NCBI RefSeq assembly: GCF_900232105.1
Contig: NZ_LT934425.1
Location: 2,010,001 to 2,042,000 of the forward strand
Length of the DNA: 32,000 bases
Direction of reading: 5' to 3'
From: Candidatus Kuenenia stuttgartensis
Lineage (GTDB): Bacteria > Planctomycetota > Brocadiia > Brocadiales > Brocadiaceae
The notes below the pieces were generated by a model. It was given only the letters and a program-made list of their open reading frames with translations, was not told the origin of the DNA and searched no databases. The first letter of the stretch is position 1, and each line of letters opens with the position of its first letter. Both the position numbers and the translations under genes were made by a program. Below, piece by piece: positions 1 to 9,880 of this stretch.

Positions 1-1
1 C

Positions 2-487
2 CACATAGCGCCAGACCCAAAAGAAGTGGCAGGAAGATTGGAAAAAATGCTTGCCGGATATAACGCCGCCAGCCATGAAAATATTATAAAACGTATTGCG
101 CGGCTGCATCTTACCTTTGAACACACCCACCCGTTTGTTGATGGCAATGGCCGTATCGGAAGGGTAATAAATAACTATTTGCTTATACGGGAAGGCTTTG
201 TGCCGATGAATATTAAATTCATTGACAGGAAGATGTATTACGAGGCGTTTAAGGAGTTTGACGAAAAAGGCACTGCCAAAATCATGGAGGAAATAGTCGG
301 CAAAGCGCTTACGAATAGTTATCACAAGAGACTTGCGTATCTGGAAGGAGCACACATTATGACGCTTGCTGAATATGCAAAAAAGCATAAAGTATCGCAC
401 TCTAATTTGATAAATAAAGCACATCGCCAAACTATAGAAGCCTTTTTTGAAAAAGGCGTTTGGAAGATTGGAGATTACAAACCATGA
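2..487 (+). CDS. Fic/DOC family protein, 5'-truncated by the window edge
   Basis: Fic motif HPFVDGNGRIGR. The frame is open upstream of the listed start (HIAPDPKEVAGRLEKML), so the CDS begins before the window. C-terminal part looks like a helix-turn-helix (LAEYAKKHKVSHSNLINKA). Confidence 0.92.
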   Translation, partial: HIAPDPKEVAGRLEKMLAGYNAASHENIIKRIARLHLTFEHTHPFVDGNGRIGRVINNYLLIREGFVPMNIKFIDRKMYYEAFKEFDEKGTAKIMEEIVGKALTNSYHKRLAYLEGAHIMTLAEYAKKHKVSHSNLINKAHRQTIEAFFEKGVWKIGDYKP

Positions 488-1920
488 ACGAAGCGGAACA
501 CCCCTATTCAAAGATAAAAGCCATTATCAAGCAGGGCAAAGGGTTGACCGTTGAGTTCAAGGAGTGTAATACCGCCCTCAACAAAGATATTTACGAGACG
601 GTGTGCGCCTTCCTGAACCGCTTCGGCGGCGAGCTTCTGCTTGGCGTTAGAGATGACGGCGTGATAACCGGTATAGTCCCTGAGTGCCTCCACCAGATCA
701 AAAATGATTTTACGACAGCCGTCAATAATCCACAGAAAATCAGCCCGTCGTTTTATCTCTCAATGGATGAGGCCGTAATCGACGGGAAAACCATTCTCTC
801 CATTTACATCCCCGAAAGCTCCCAGGTTCACCGCTGTAACGGGAAAATATACGACCGGAATGAAGACGGTGATTTCAATATCACGGACAACCACAACCTT
901 GTATCCGCACTTTACCTGCGAAAGCAGATCGGCTACTCAGAAAACACTATTTACCCATATACTGAACTTGCCGATCTGCGGCCTGATGTTATAGCAAGAG
1001 TTCGAAAAATGGCTTTGCTCCAGTCGGAAAACCACCCATGGGGCGCTATGAGTGACCTTGACCTTTTGAGAAGCGTTCAGTTGTATAGGAAGGATTTTCA
1101 AACCGGGAAAGACGGTTTTACGCTTGCCGCAATACTGCTCTTTGGAAAAGACGAGACCATTCTATCGGTAGTGCCGCATTTCAGAATCGATGCCATTCTG
1201 AGACGGGACAACATCGACCGTTATGACGACCGTGACGATATCCGCACGAATCTCATCGAAAGTTATGACCGCCTGCTACGATTTGGAGAGAAACATCTGA
1301 ACGATCCGTTTTATCTGGAAAATGGCCAGAGGATAAGCCTGCGCGGCCATATTTTACGGGAAGTAATCAGCAATATCCTTATCCACCGCGAGTATGCCAA
1401 TGCGTTTCCAGCGAAGTTCGTCATTGATAGAGAAAAACTTTTCACGGAGAACAGCAATAAACCTCACGGGTATGGCATGATTGATCCGTCACATTTTACG
1501 CCCTATCCAAAAAATCCTTCTATTGCGCGATTATTCAGGGAAATTGGACGGGCGGATGAGCTTGGGTCTGGTGTTAGGAATCTGTTTAAGTATTGCAAGG
1601 CCTATTGCGGCCACGATCCGCAACTCATAGAACAGGATATTTTCAAATTCATCCTGCCGCTTACCGGGGAAGCTACCCCTCAAGCTACCCCCCAAGCTAC
1701 AGGGGAAGACGAACGGACAAAAAAAATAATGAATTACTGTCTTAACCCAAGAACAAGAGAGGAAATACAGGAGTTTACCGGTTACAAAGACAGAAAACAT
1801 TTTCGTTTAGAAATCTTACAGCCGCTTCTTGATAAGGGCTTGCTGCACCCGACTATACCCGATAAACTGACAAGCCCGAAACAGAAGTATTACTCTGCAA
1901 AGAAACGAGAGAACCTATGA
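484..1920 (+). CDS. AlbA_2 (Schlafen-like) / RecG-like putative transcriptional regulator or helicase-related protein
   Basis: N-terminal EFKECNTALNKDIYETVCAFLNRFGGELLLGVRDDG is typical of AlbA_2 domains. HILREVISNILIHREYANAFPAKFVI and GSGVRNLFKY match RecG-like C-terminal regions. ATG at 484 overlaps the Fic stop as ATGA and is preferred over the listed 460 start. Confidence 0.85.
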   Translation: MNEAEHPYSKIKAIIKQGKGLTVEFKECNTALNKDIYETVCAFLNRFGGELLLGVRDDGVITGIVPECLHQIKNDFTTAVNNPQKISPSFYLSMDEAVIDGKTILSIYIPESSQVHRCNGKIYDRNEDGDFNITDNHNLVSALYLRKQIGYSENTIYPYTELADLRPDVIARVRKMALLQSENHPWGAMSDLDLLRSVQLYRKDFQTGKDGFTLAAILLFGKDETILSVVPHFRIDAILRRDNIDRYDDRDDIRTNLIESYDRLLRFGEKHLNDPFYLENGQRISLRGHILREVISNILIHREYANAFPAKFVIDREKLFTENSNKPHGYGMIDPSHFTPYPKNPSIARLFREIGRADELGSGVRNLFKYCKAYCGHDPQLIEQDIFKFILPLTGEATPQATPQATGEDERTKKIMNYCLNPRTREEIQEFTGYKDRKHFRLEILQPLLDKGLLHPTIPDKLTSPKQKYYSAKKRENL

Positions 1921-3893
1921 ACGAAGCGGAAACCAGAGCGGAACTGATTGACCCGAAGCTCAAAGAAAGCGGCCGGGGCGTGGTGGACGGGTCAAAAATA
2001 TTGCGTGAATACAATATCACTGCCGGCAAAATCCAGACCGGCGGCGGGCGTGCCAAGCCGTTGATTGCCGATTATGTGCTGGTGTATCAGGGGCGCAAAC
2101 TGGCCGTTGTCGAAGCCAAGAGCGATGAGTTTGTCGTGGGCAAAGGGTGGCGCAGGCCAAGAACTACGCCGAAAAGTTAAAATTGGATACTACCTTTGCC
2201 AGCAACGGTAAAGAGATTTATCAAATCTGCATGAAAACCGGCGGAGAAGGTTTGGTTGCTGGTTTTCCCGCACCGGATGAACTCTGGAATAAAACCTTCG
2301 CCACGCAAAATCGGTGGCGGGACAAGTTTAATCAGGTGCCGTTTGAGGATGTGGGCGGCACGAAGAGTGTGCGCTACTACCAGGAAATCGCGGTCAACAA
2401 TACCATGGCCGCTATTGCCGAAGATAAACAGCGTATTTTGCTCACCATGGCGACAGGTACCGGAAAAACCTTTATTGTCTTTCAGATTGCGTGGAAGCTG
2501 TTTCAGACTCGCTGGAACTTAAAGCGCGACGGTTCGCGCAGGCCGCGGATTTTGTTTTTGGCTGATAGAAATATTTTGGCGGATCAGGCGTTTAACGCAT
2601 TTTCCGTTTTCCCTGAAGATGCGTTGGTGCGGATTAACCCTAAAGAAATCAGCAAAAAAGGCGGTGTGCCCACCAACGGCAGCATTTTCTTTACCATCTT
2701 CCAGACCTTCATGAGCGGGGGTTCGACAGGCTCAGGGCAGGCTCCTTCGGCAGGCTCACCACATCGACCTGTCGAAGGGTGTTTTGGCGAATATCCTCCA
2801 AACTATTTTGATTTCATTATCATCGACGAGTGCCATCGCGGCGGGGCGAACAACGAAGGCAACTGGCGCGGCATCATGGAATACTTTTCTCCTGCGGTTC
2901 AGCTTGGTTTAGCCGCAACGCCCAAACGCGAAGATAATGCGGATACCTACAAATATTTCGGAGAGCCGGTGTATATCTATTCGCTCAAAGAGGGCATCAA
3001 CGACGGCTTTCTGACGCTGTTCAAGGTAAAGCGGATCAAGACCACGCTGGACGATTATATTTATACCTCGGATGATCAGATTATTGAAGGTGAAATAGAA
3101 GAAGGCAAAATTTACACAGAACCAGACTTTAATAAGATTATCGAGATTAAAGAGCACGAAGCCAGGTGGGTGCAAATATTTCTCTCGGAAATCAATCAGA
3201 ACGAAAAGGCTATTGTTTTCTGCGCTACCCAGGACCATGCGCTGGCAGTGCGCGATTTGGTCAATCAATTCAAAAAGAGCAAGGAACCAAATTACTGCGC
3301 CCGTGTTACCGCCAATGATGGCGCGATGGGTAAACAGTATTTGCGCGAGTTTCAGGATAATGAAAAGACTATCCCGACTATTCTGACTACCTCGCAAAAG
3401 CTATCTACCGGTGTGGATGCCTGTAATATCCGCAATATTATCCTCATGCGTCCGGTCGATTCTATGATCGAGTTTAAGCAGATTGTGGGGCGCGGCACAC
3501 GGCTATTTGATGGGAAAGAGTTTTTCACAATCTATGATTTTGTCGATGCCTACCATCATTTTGCCGACCCTGAATGGGATGGCGAGCCTGTTGTTGATGA
3601 TTCCTGCCCTAAGTGCGGCTACAGTCCGTGTACCTGTGTAAAAAAACCGCAGGGACATTGTCCGGAATGTGGTGAACGGCCTTGTATCTGTATAAAAGAA
3701 CCGACCGAACCCTGTTCTGTTTGTGGAAATGCCCCATGCATCTGTAACAGGAAACAAAAGGTAAAAATCAAACTGCGCGATGGTAAGGAGCGCGAAATTC
3801 AGCATATGATAGCCACTTCATTTTGGAGCGCCGAGGGAAGGCCGATCTCTGCAGAAGAGTTTTTACAGAATATGTTTGGAAAGCTGCCGGTTT
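1917..3893 (+). pseudogene. hsdR: Type I restriction enzyme R subunit (HsdR, EcoEI-like), frameshifted and 3'-truncated
   Basis: Frame 1 (1917-2180, ...VVEAKSDEFVVGKG) continues in another frame from about 2147 (AQAKNYAEKLKLDTTFASNGKEIYQI). Helicase motifs LLTMATGTGKTF and IIDECHRG. Cys-rich linker then REIQHMIATSFWSAEGRPISAEEFLQNMFGKLP. Homology-like sequence stops near 3890 and the ORF then reads antisense into argC. Confidence 0.85.
2722..2776. repeat. Short palindromic repeat element inserted in the hsdR coding sequence
   Basis: 9-bp inverted repeat TTCGACAGG (2722-2730) / CCTGTCGAA (2768-2776), with CAGGCTC three times (2727-2733, 2738-2744, 2751-2757). It encodes GSTGSGQAPSAGSPHRPVEG, which interrupts the TFMSG...GEYPPNYFDFIIIDECHRG region. 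Confidence 0.75.
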
Positions 3894-3933
3894 CAAAGAG
3901 GTCAATTGTTCCGAACTATTACGTATATTTTAT

Positions 3934-4965
3934 CTATTTCAATCCAGTTTCTTCTTTAAATCCGCACATTACATTCATATTTTGTACTGCCTGGCCTGCG
4001 GCGCCCTTGATTAAATTATCGATGGCAGAAAGAATCACTATCCTTTTTTCTGTTACCTTTACCGCAATATCGCAGAAGTTTGTGTGGCTTACGTCTTTTG
4101 TTTTCGGCAGGGTGTTGTTTTCTTTTAAGCGGATAAAGGGTTCTTTTTGATAAAATTCCCTATAGATATTCAATGCTGCCTCATCGTTCAGAGCTGAAGC
4201 GCCTGTCCTTATTTTGGGGTTGCAGTAAATAGTGCATAATATGCCTCTGTTCATGGGGATGAGGTGGGGAACAAACTGGATGGATACGGATTTGCCGGTT
4301 TGGGTGGATAGTATATGTTCTATTTCAGGACTGTGGCGATGGCCGCCCACAGCGTATGCCTCGGTATTTTCGTTGCATTCGCAGTAGTGTGTGTCTTCCC
4401 GTGCTTCTCGTCCTTTCCCGGAAACGCCCGACTTTGCATCCACAATGATATCATCGGGTTCTATAAGACCTTTCGCAAGCAATGGCGCTAATGCCAGTAT
4501 GGTTGCGGTAGTGTAGCATCCAGGATTTGCCGTTAATTGAGTATTTTTAATTTTATCGCGAAAAAGCTCCGGCAGGCCGTAGACGGCTTTTGTTATGCCG
4601 GTGCTATCGGTATGCCGGGCCTTATACCATTTTTCATACAACGCGCTATCCTGAAACCGGTAATCAGCACTGAAGTCTATTGCCTTTATTCCTTTCTGAA
4701 TAAAATGCGGCACATATTTCATTGAAATCGTGGGCGGCAGGGTAATAAAGGCAACATCCAGGTTATCAGGGACTTCTTTTTCCTGAATACTATTGCAAGG
4801 CAATTCGATTTGACCTTGCAATGAAGGAAATATATCGGAAATTTTAGGACGGTCTGTTCTCCTCACACCGAGAAAGGAAATTTTCACTTCCGGATGGCGA
4901 AGAAGGATTTTGATGAGTTCAAGGCTGGTGTAAGCAGTAGCACCAATAATTCCAATGTTTAACAT
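3934..4965 (-). CDS. argC: N-acetyl-gamma-glutamyl-phosphate reductase
   Basis: MLNIGIIGATAYTSLELIKILLRHPEV N-terminus. Catalytic cysteine motif TANPGCYTTATILALAPLL. IKGAAGQAVQNMNVMCG C-terminus. ATG at 4965 follows a GGGAG-like SD; the listed ORF start (4983) is 6 codons upstream. Confidence 0.95.
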   Translation of the reverse strand: MLNIGIIGATAYTSLELIKILLRHPEVKISFLGVRRTDRPKISDIFPSLQGQIELPCNSIQEKEVPDNLDVAFITLPPTISMKYVPHFIQKGIKAIDFSADYRFQDSALYEKWYKARHTDSTGITKAVYGLPELFRDKIKNTQLTANPGCYTTATILALAPLLAKGLIEPDDIIVDAKSGVSGKGREAREDTHYCECNENTEAYAVGGHRHSPEIEHILSTQTGKSVSIQFVPHLIPMNRGILCTIYCNPKIRTGASALNDEAALNIYREFYQKEPFIRLKENNTLPKTKDVSHTNFCDIAVKVTEKRIVILSAIDNLIKGAAGQAVQNMNVMCGFKEETGLK

Positions 4966-5009
4966 AGCTGTATCTCCCTGCAAGAACGAAAACAGTCATT
5001 GGCATTGGT

Positions 5010-5072
5010 CAACCGCCAACCGCCAACTGCCGATTGCTGACTGTGGATTGTGGATTGTGGACTGTAGATTGC
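5010..5072. repeat. Degenerate tandem heptanucleotide array (9 units of 7 bp)
   Basis: Reads caaccgc/caaccgc/caactgc/cgattgc/tgactgt/ggattgt/ggattgt/ggactgt/agattgc with strict 7-bp phasing. Confidence 0.8.
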
Positions 5073-5139
5073 CTATGCCTGTTTTTAAGTATTATTCGCT
5101 CCATAAAGAATAGACTTCCTCAAATCCTGCTAATAAACT

Positions 5140-7557
5140 TTATCCTTTTTTTGGCTCTTCTGCGCCGAAAACAATTGGCAGCATTTCATCTACCCTTTCT
5201 ACAAATGCGAAATTCAATCTTTTTTTTGCATTTTCAGGAACTTCGGTTAAATCTTTCTCATTTCTCTTCGGTAAGACAACCGTTGTAATCCCTGCCCTCT
5301 TGGCTGCCAGTACCTTTTCTTTTATGCCTCCAACGGGTAGAACCCTTCCGCGCAGCGTGATTTCGCCCGTCATTGCCACATTAGAGAGGATTGGCGTCCC
5401 TTTCAAAAGTGAGATAAGCGCCATAGCCATTGTTACTCCGGCAGAAGGTCCGTCTTTTGGAATAGCTCCCGCAGGAACATGAATGTGAAAGTCGTATTTA
5501 TCAAAATCCTTAAATGAAATCTTCAGGCTTTCGAGTTTTGACCTGATATAGCTCATTGCTGCCTGGGCAGATTCTTTCATAATATCCCCTAAACATCCGG
5601 TCAGGGTGAGTTTCCCAGTGCCTGGCATAAAAGTCGCCTCAATAAAAAGTATGTCTCCGCCGGCCTGCGTCCACGCGAGACCGGTGGCAACTCCGGCGTC
5701 AGTGGTTCGTTCCGCCGCCTCAGAGAAAAACTTGATTGGCCCTAGAAGCGTATTTAATTGTTCCGCATTTATGGTTACCGACGTCTCTTCTCCGGAAGCG
5801 ATTTTCTTCGCCGTTTTCCTGCAAAGGTGTGCGATTTCACGCTCCAGGTTTCTCAATCCTGCCTCCCGTGTGTAATCAGTGATTACCATCTTTATTGCAT
5901 CGTCTGTAATCGTTAGCTGCTCCTCCTTGAGGCCGTGGGCTTTTAGCTGCTTGGGAAGGATGAATTTTTTCACGATGGATATTTTTTCTTCCGCAGTATA
6001 TCCTGAAAGTTCCAACACCTCCATACGATCTTTCAGTGCAGGCGGTACCGTATCTAATATGTTTGCGGTGGTGATAAACATTACATTTGAAAGGTCAAAC
6101 GCTACGTCGAGATAATGGTCGGAAAAGGCATGGTTTTGTTCAGGGTCAAGCACTTCCAGCAAGGCGGCTGAGGGGTCTCCGCGGAAATCAGCGCCAAGTT
6201 TGTCAATTTCGTCCAGCATGAATACCGGATTGTTTGATTCCGCCTTTTTCAGTCCCTGTATGATCCTGCCCGGCAATGCACCGATATATGTGCGCCTGTG
6301 ACCCCTTATCTCCGCCTCGTCTCTTACTCCGCCCAGGGACATACGGACAAATTTCCTGCCCATCGAACGTGCAATTGACATCCCAACAGAGGTTTTCCCT
6401 GTGCCGGGCGGTCCGACAAAGCACAAGATCGGCCCCTTCATATCATCCTTGAGTTTCCTTACCGCAAGATATTCAAGGATCCGTTCCTTTAATTTTTCTA
6501 AATCGTAGTGATCTTCATCCAATATTGTGCTTGCCGTTTTAATATCCAGTTGGTCTTTTGTAGAAACCGACCATGGAAGGGCAATCAACAGATCCAGGTA
6601 TGTCCTTGAAACCGTATATTCCGCCGAAGCAGAATGCATTTTTGCAAGCCGTTCAAGCTCTCGTTCGGCCTCTTTTTTTGCTTCGGCAGGCATTTTGGCA
6701 TTTTCGATTTTTTCCTTTAATTCTTTTATCTCCATTGAACGTTCGTCGCCTTCGCCCAGTTCATCCTGAATCGCCTTTAGCTGCTGCCTCAGATAATATT
6801 CCTTCTGTCCCTTTTCCATTTCGTTCCTTACCTGAGACTGGATTTTTGTAGCCATTTCCAGGACTTCCAATTCGCTGGCAATCAGTGTAGTAACTTTTTG
6901 CAAACGCAATTTTACGTTTGCCAGTTCAAGCACCTTTTGTTTTTCCGCCACGCTAACATTTAAATGCGAAGTAATAAGATCCGCTAAACGGCTGGGATTT
7001 TCAATATTAACGACAGCTATCTTCAATTCTTCGGGCAGTGATGGCATCATGGAGATCATGTGCGCAAATTGGTCCGCCGCATTTCTTGCCAGTGCCTCTG
7101 TCTCTCTATCGTCTTCAATGATATCTTCGATAGCGCTGATTTTTGCTTTAAAATAAGGATCGGATTGAACGTATTCCCCGATTTTTACCCTGCGAAGTCC
7201 CTGGACAAGCATTTTTGCAGAATTATCGGGCATGCGCAGCATTTGAAGAACGACAGCCGCCGTGGCGCACTCATAGATATCGGATTGTTTTAGCACTTTA
7301 ATATCTTTATCTTTCTGCGCGGTCAGGGTCAGGAATCGGTTCCCGGCTAAAACATCGTTCAGGAGTTTAATATCCCTATCGGTATAAACGCTTAACGCCG
7401 CGACCATTCCCGGGAATACAACGGTGTCTTTCACTGGAAGCACAGGGGTTTCATGTGGTATTTTTATTCTTTCTATTTTGTCCTGTACTTCTTCTTCAAC
7501 CGTAAGTACAGGATGCTCCTGGTCTTCGCCATGGTTATTATTTTCGCTATTTGTCAT
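5140..7557 (-). CDS. lon: ATP-dependent protease La (Lon)
   Basis: 805 aa. Walker A GPPGTGKTSVGMSIARSMGRKFVRMSLGG. AEIRGHRRTYIGALPGRIIQ. Ser-Lys protease region PKDGPSAGVTMAMALISLL and GGIKEKVLAAKRAG. Confidence 0.98.
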   Translation of the reverse strand: MTNSENNNHGEDQEHPVLTVEEEVQDKIERIKIPHETPVLPVKDTVVFPGMVAALSVYTDRDIKLLNDVLAGNRFLTLTAQKDKDIKVLKQSDIYECATAAVVLQMLRMPDNSAKMLVQGLRRVKIGEYVQSDPYFKAKISAIEDIIEDDRETEALARNAADQFAHMISMMPSLPEELKIAVVNIENPSRLADLITSHLNVSVAEKQKVLELANVKLRLQKVTTLIASELEVLEMATKIQSQVRNEMEKGQKEYYLRQQLKAIQDELGEGDERSMEIKELKEKIENAKMPAEAKKEAERELERLAKMHSASAEYTVSRTYLDLLIALPWSVSTKDQLDIKTASTILDEDHYDLEKLKERILEYLAVRKLKDDMKGPILCFVGPPGTGKTSVGMSIARSMGRKFVRMSLGGVRDEAEIRGHRRTYIGALPGRIIQGLKKAESNNPVFMLDEIDKLGADFRGDPSAALLEVLDPEQNHAFSDHYLDVAFDLSNVMFITTANILDTVPPALKDRMEVLELSGYTAEEKISIVKKFILPKQLKAHGLKEEQLTITDDAIKMVITDYTREAGLRNLEREIAHLCRKTAKKIASGEETSVTINAEQLNTLLGPIKFFSEAAERTTDAGVATGLAWTQAGGDILFIEATFMPGTGKLTLTGCLGDIMKESAQAAMSYIRSKLESLKISFKDFDKYDFHIHVPAGAIPKDGPSAGVTMAMALISLLKGTPILSNVAMTGEITLRGRVLPVGGIKEKVLAAKRAGITTVVLPKRNEKDLTEVPENAKKRLNFAFVERVDEMLPIVFGAEEPKKG

Positions 7558-7595
7558 GTTGTGTATTGTTTCCTCTCCGGCAATACAGGGAATGG

Positions 7596-8048
7596 TTAAA
7601 GGTTAATTTTTATGGCAAATGCTTCCGGCTCTTTTTGCTGAATTTTTGGCAGGATTATTTGTAAAAAACCTTCCTTGTATGAGGCTTTTATATTATTTGT
7701 ATCAACTGGTTTGGGCATATAAAATGCTCTTTCAAAATATCCATACCTGATTTCTACCTGATAGAAACATATCTTTTCGTGAGGTGAGTCGTCAGTTCTG
7801 TGACCAGTTATCGTAAGGGTGTCTTTTGAAAAAGAAACCTGCACATTGTGCGGTTTAGTGCCAGGAATGGCCATTTTTACAATAATGTCTTCAGGTGTTT
7901 CGTAAATATCTGCCTGGGGTTTCCAGGGAGACATTGAATCGAAAGAATATTCTTTCCCGGCAAAAGAAAAAAATTCGCTTAAGATTTGTTCTATCTTATT
8001 TTGTTTTGCATCGGCTTTGTAATAAGTGTCGTTATCATTTGAAATCAT
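7596..8048 (-). CDS. Small heat shock protein, Hsp20/alpha-crystallin family
   Basis: WKPQADIYETPEDIIVKMAIPGTKPHNVQVSFSKDTLTITGHR...YGYFERAFYMPKPVDTNNIKASYKEGFLQIILPK is a typical alpha-crystallin domain. Likely internal start MISNDNDTYY at 8048. Confidence 0.93.
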   Translation of the reverse strand: MISNDNDTYYKADAKQNKIEQILSEFFSFAGKEYSFDSMSPWKPQADIYETPEDIIVKMAIPGTKPHNVQVSFSKDTLTITGHRTDDSPHEKICFYQVEIRYGYFERAFYMPKPVDTNNIKASYKEGFLQIILPKIQQKEPEAFAIKINL

Positions 8049-8194
8049 TTTAGAATGAAACCTCCAGGTCAAAAGGAAAACGATGTCAATATAACAATTT
8101 TCATTTTCAAGTACAAGAGAATTTGCAGCATAAGCATCTGCAAAGAAATAATGATAAAACTGGCATTAGCGCCAAATTCTGCCGAAATAAAAAA

Positions 8195-8210
8195 CCCCGC
8201 AAAAGCGGGG
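8195..8210 (-). terminator. Rho-independent terminator downstream of groEL, possibly bidirectional
   Basis: Perfect 6-bp GC stem CCCCGC-aaaa-GCGGGG flanked by A and T runs on both sides, just 3' of the groEL stop at 8243. Confidence 0.85.
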
Positions 8211-8242
8211 TTTTTTGTGATGGCGGTAAAAACGTAAAAAAA

Positions 8243-9880
8243 TTAATACATATCTCCATAACCACCATAGCCGCCGCCAGGAGGCATTGGAGGGGTCTTC
8301 TTTTTCTCCGGTATCTTGCCTATTATGGCGTCTGTTGTAAGCAGCAAAGTGGAAACGCTCGCTGCATTTTGCAGTGCGGTTCTCACCACTTTCGTCGGAT
8401 CAATGATGCCTTCGCTCACCATATTGCAATACCGGTTTGCCCCCGCATCATAGCCTTCATTTCCTTTCGCATTTTCAACATTCTGTACGACAATTGCAGC
8501 GCTAACCCCTGCATTCGCTGCGATTTGTCTTAATGGCGCCCTTAAAGCCCTCTGAAGGATATCAACGCCTATTTTTTCATCGCCTGTAAGGGCAAGATCA
8601 TTCAGGGGGGAAATAGACCTGAGAAGTGATACGCCTCCGCCGGGAAGGATGCCTTCTTCAACGGCAGCTCGGGTTGCATGGAGTGCATCTTCAACACGCG
8701 CCTTCTTTTCCTTCATTTCACTTTCCGTTGCCGCGCCTACATTGATCATTACCACGCCGCCAGCCATCTTGGCAAGCCTCTCCTGAAGCTTTTCCCTGTC
8801 GTAATCCGATGTGGTAGTCGAGATTTCCCTTTTTATCTGTTCAATACGATCCTTGATTTTTTTGCTTTCACCGGCGCCCTCGATGATGATTGTATTTTCC
8901 TTGTCGATTTCTATCTTCTTTGCGCGGCCAAGGTCGCTTAATTCTAACGTTTCAAGGTTAATACCCAAATCTTCAAAAACAGCCTGGCCGCCGGTAAGGA
9001 CAGCGATGTCTTCCAGCATCGCCTTGCGTTTATCACCAAAACCCGGCGCCTTAACTGCAGCGCATTTCAGCGACCCACGAAGCTTGTTCACAACAAGCAA
9101 GGTCAAGGCTTCGCCTTCTATCTCTTCGGCAATAATCAAAAGAGGTTTGCCTGTTTGAGAAATTTTCTCCAATATCGGCACCAGCATCTTGGTGGTGGTT
9201 ATCTTTTTCTCATGAATAAGCAGGTAAGGGTCTTCCAGAACACATTGCATCGTGTTAGGATTCGTGACGAAATAAGGAGAGAGATATCCTTTGTCAAACT
9301 GCAATCCTTCAATCCATTTCGCTTCAGTTTGCAAACTTTTGCCTTCCTCTACCGTAATCACGCCATCTTTGCCGACCTTATCCATAGCGTCGGCGATAAT
9401 TTTACCGATTTCAGCATCGTAATTAGAGGCTACCGTGGCAATCTGCTCAACCTCTTTTCTTCCCTTTACCGGAATACTCATCTGCCGCAGCTTGTCCACT
9501 ACACACTGAACGGCCTTGTCTATGCCGCGCTTCAACGCCATTACGTTGGCTCCAGCAGTAACATTCTTAAGCCCTTCTACAAATATTGCCTCTGCAAGCA
9601 CCGTAGCTGTGGTTGTTCCGTCACCGGCAACATCGCTCGTTTTTGCGGCAACGGACTTTACCATTTGCGCACCGATGTTTTGCATGTGGTCGGGCAAGTC
9701 TATTTCTTTCGCAACAGTTACCCCGTCCTTCGTAATCGTTGGCGAACCAAAACTTTTTTGAATAATAACATTACGTCCCCTCGGTCCCAACGTTACCTTT
9801 ACCGCATCTGCTAATTGTTTTACGCCAATCTTGATTGCCTCCAGCGCGTCGTGATCATAAATAATTTTTTTTGCCGACAT
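8243..9880 (-). CDS. groEL: 60 kDa chaperonin GroEL
   Basis: [51 protein letters not shown] and [13 protein letters not shown] at 9880 ([19 protein letters not shown]) is preceded by GGAGG. The listed ORF extends 42 codons further upstream. Confidence 0.98.
   Translation of the reverse strand: MSAKKIIYDHDALEAIKIGVKQLADAVKVTLGPRGRNVIIQKSFGSPTITKDGVTVAKEIDLPDHMQNIGAQMVKSVAAKTSDVAGDGTTTATVLAEAIFVEGLKNVTAGANVMALKRGIDKAVQCVVDKLRQMSIPVKGRKEVEQIATVASNYDAEIGKIIADAMDKVGKDGVITVEEGKSLQTEAKWIEGLQFDKGYLSPYFVTNPNTMQCVLEDPYLLIHEKKITTTKMLVPILEKISQTGKPLLIIAEEIEGEALTLLVVNKLRGSLKCAAVKAPGFGDKRKAMLEDIAVLTGGQAVFEDLGINLETLELSDLGRAKKIEIDKENTIIIEGAGESKKIKDRIEQIKREISTTTSDYDREKLQERLAKMAGGVVMINVGAATESEMKEKKARVEDALHATRAAVEEGILPGGGVSLLRSISPLNDLALTGDEKIGVDILQRALRAPLRQIAANAGVSAAIVVQNVENAKGNEGYDAGANRYCNMVSEGIIDPTKVVRTALQNAASVSTLLLTTDAIIGKIPEKKKTPPMPPGGGYGGYGDMY

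Noticed and set aside
3934-4150. 3' end of the 2147..4150 ORF as genuine HsdR sequence
   Set aside because: This part is antisense to argC and lacks HsdR-like sequence; it is a fortuitous read-through after truncation.
5010-5072. CRISPR array
   Set aside because: Units are 7 bp with no spacers, and no cas genes are present in the window.
5034-5288. ORF MLTVDCGLWTVDCLC...
   Set aside because: Starts inside the heptanucleotide array and runs antisense into the lon 3' end.
8678-9158. Overlapping plus-strand ORFs (87 and 115 aa)
   Set aside because: Antisense to groEL; typical shadow ORFs.
9155-9814. 219-aa plus-strand ORF
   Set aside because: Antisense to the strongly supported groEL gene; low-complexity translation with no recognisable domain.
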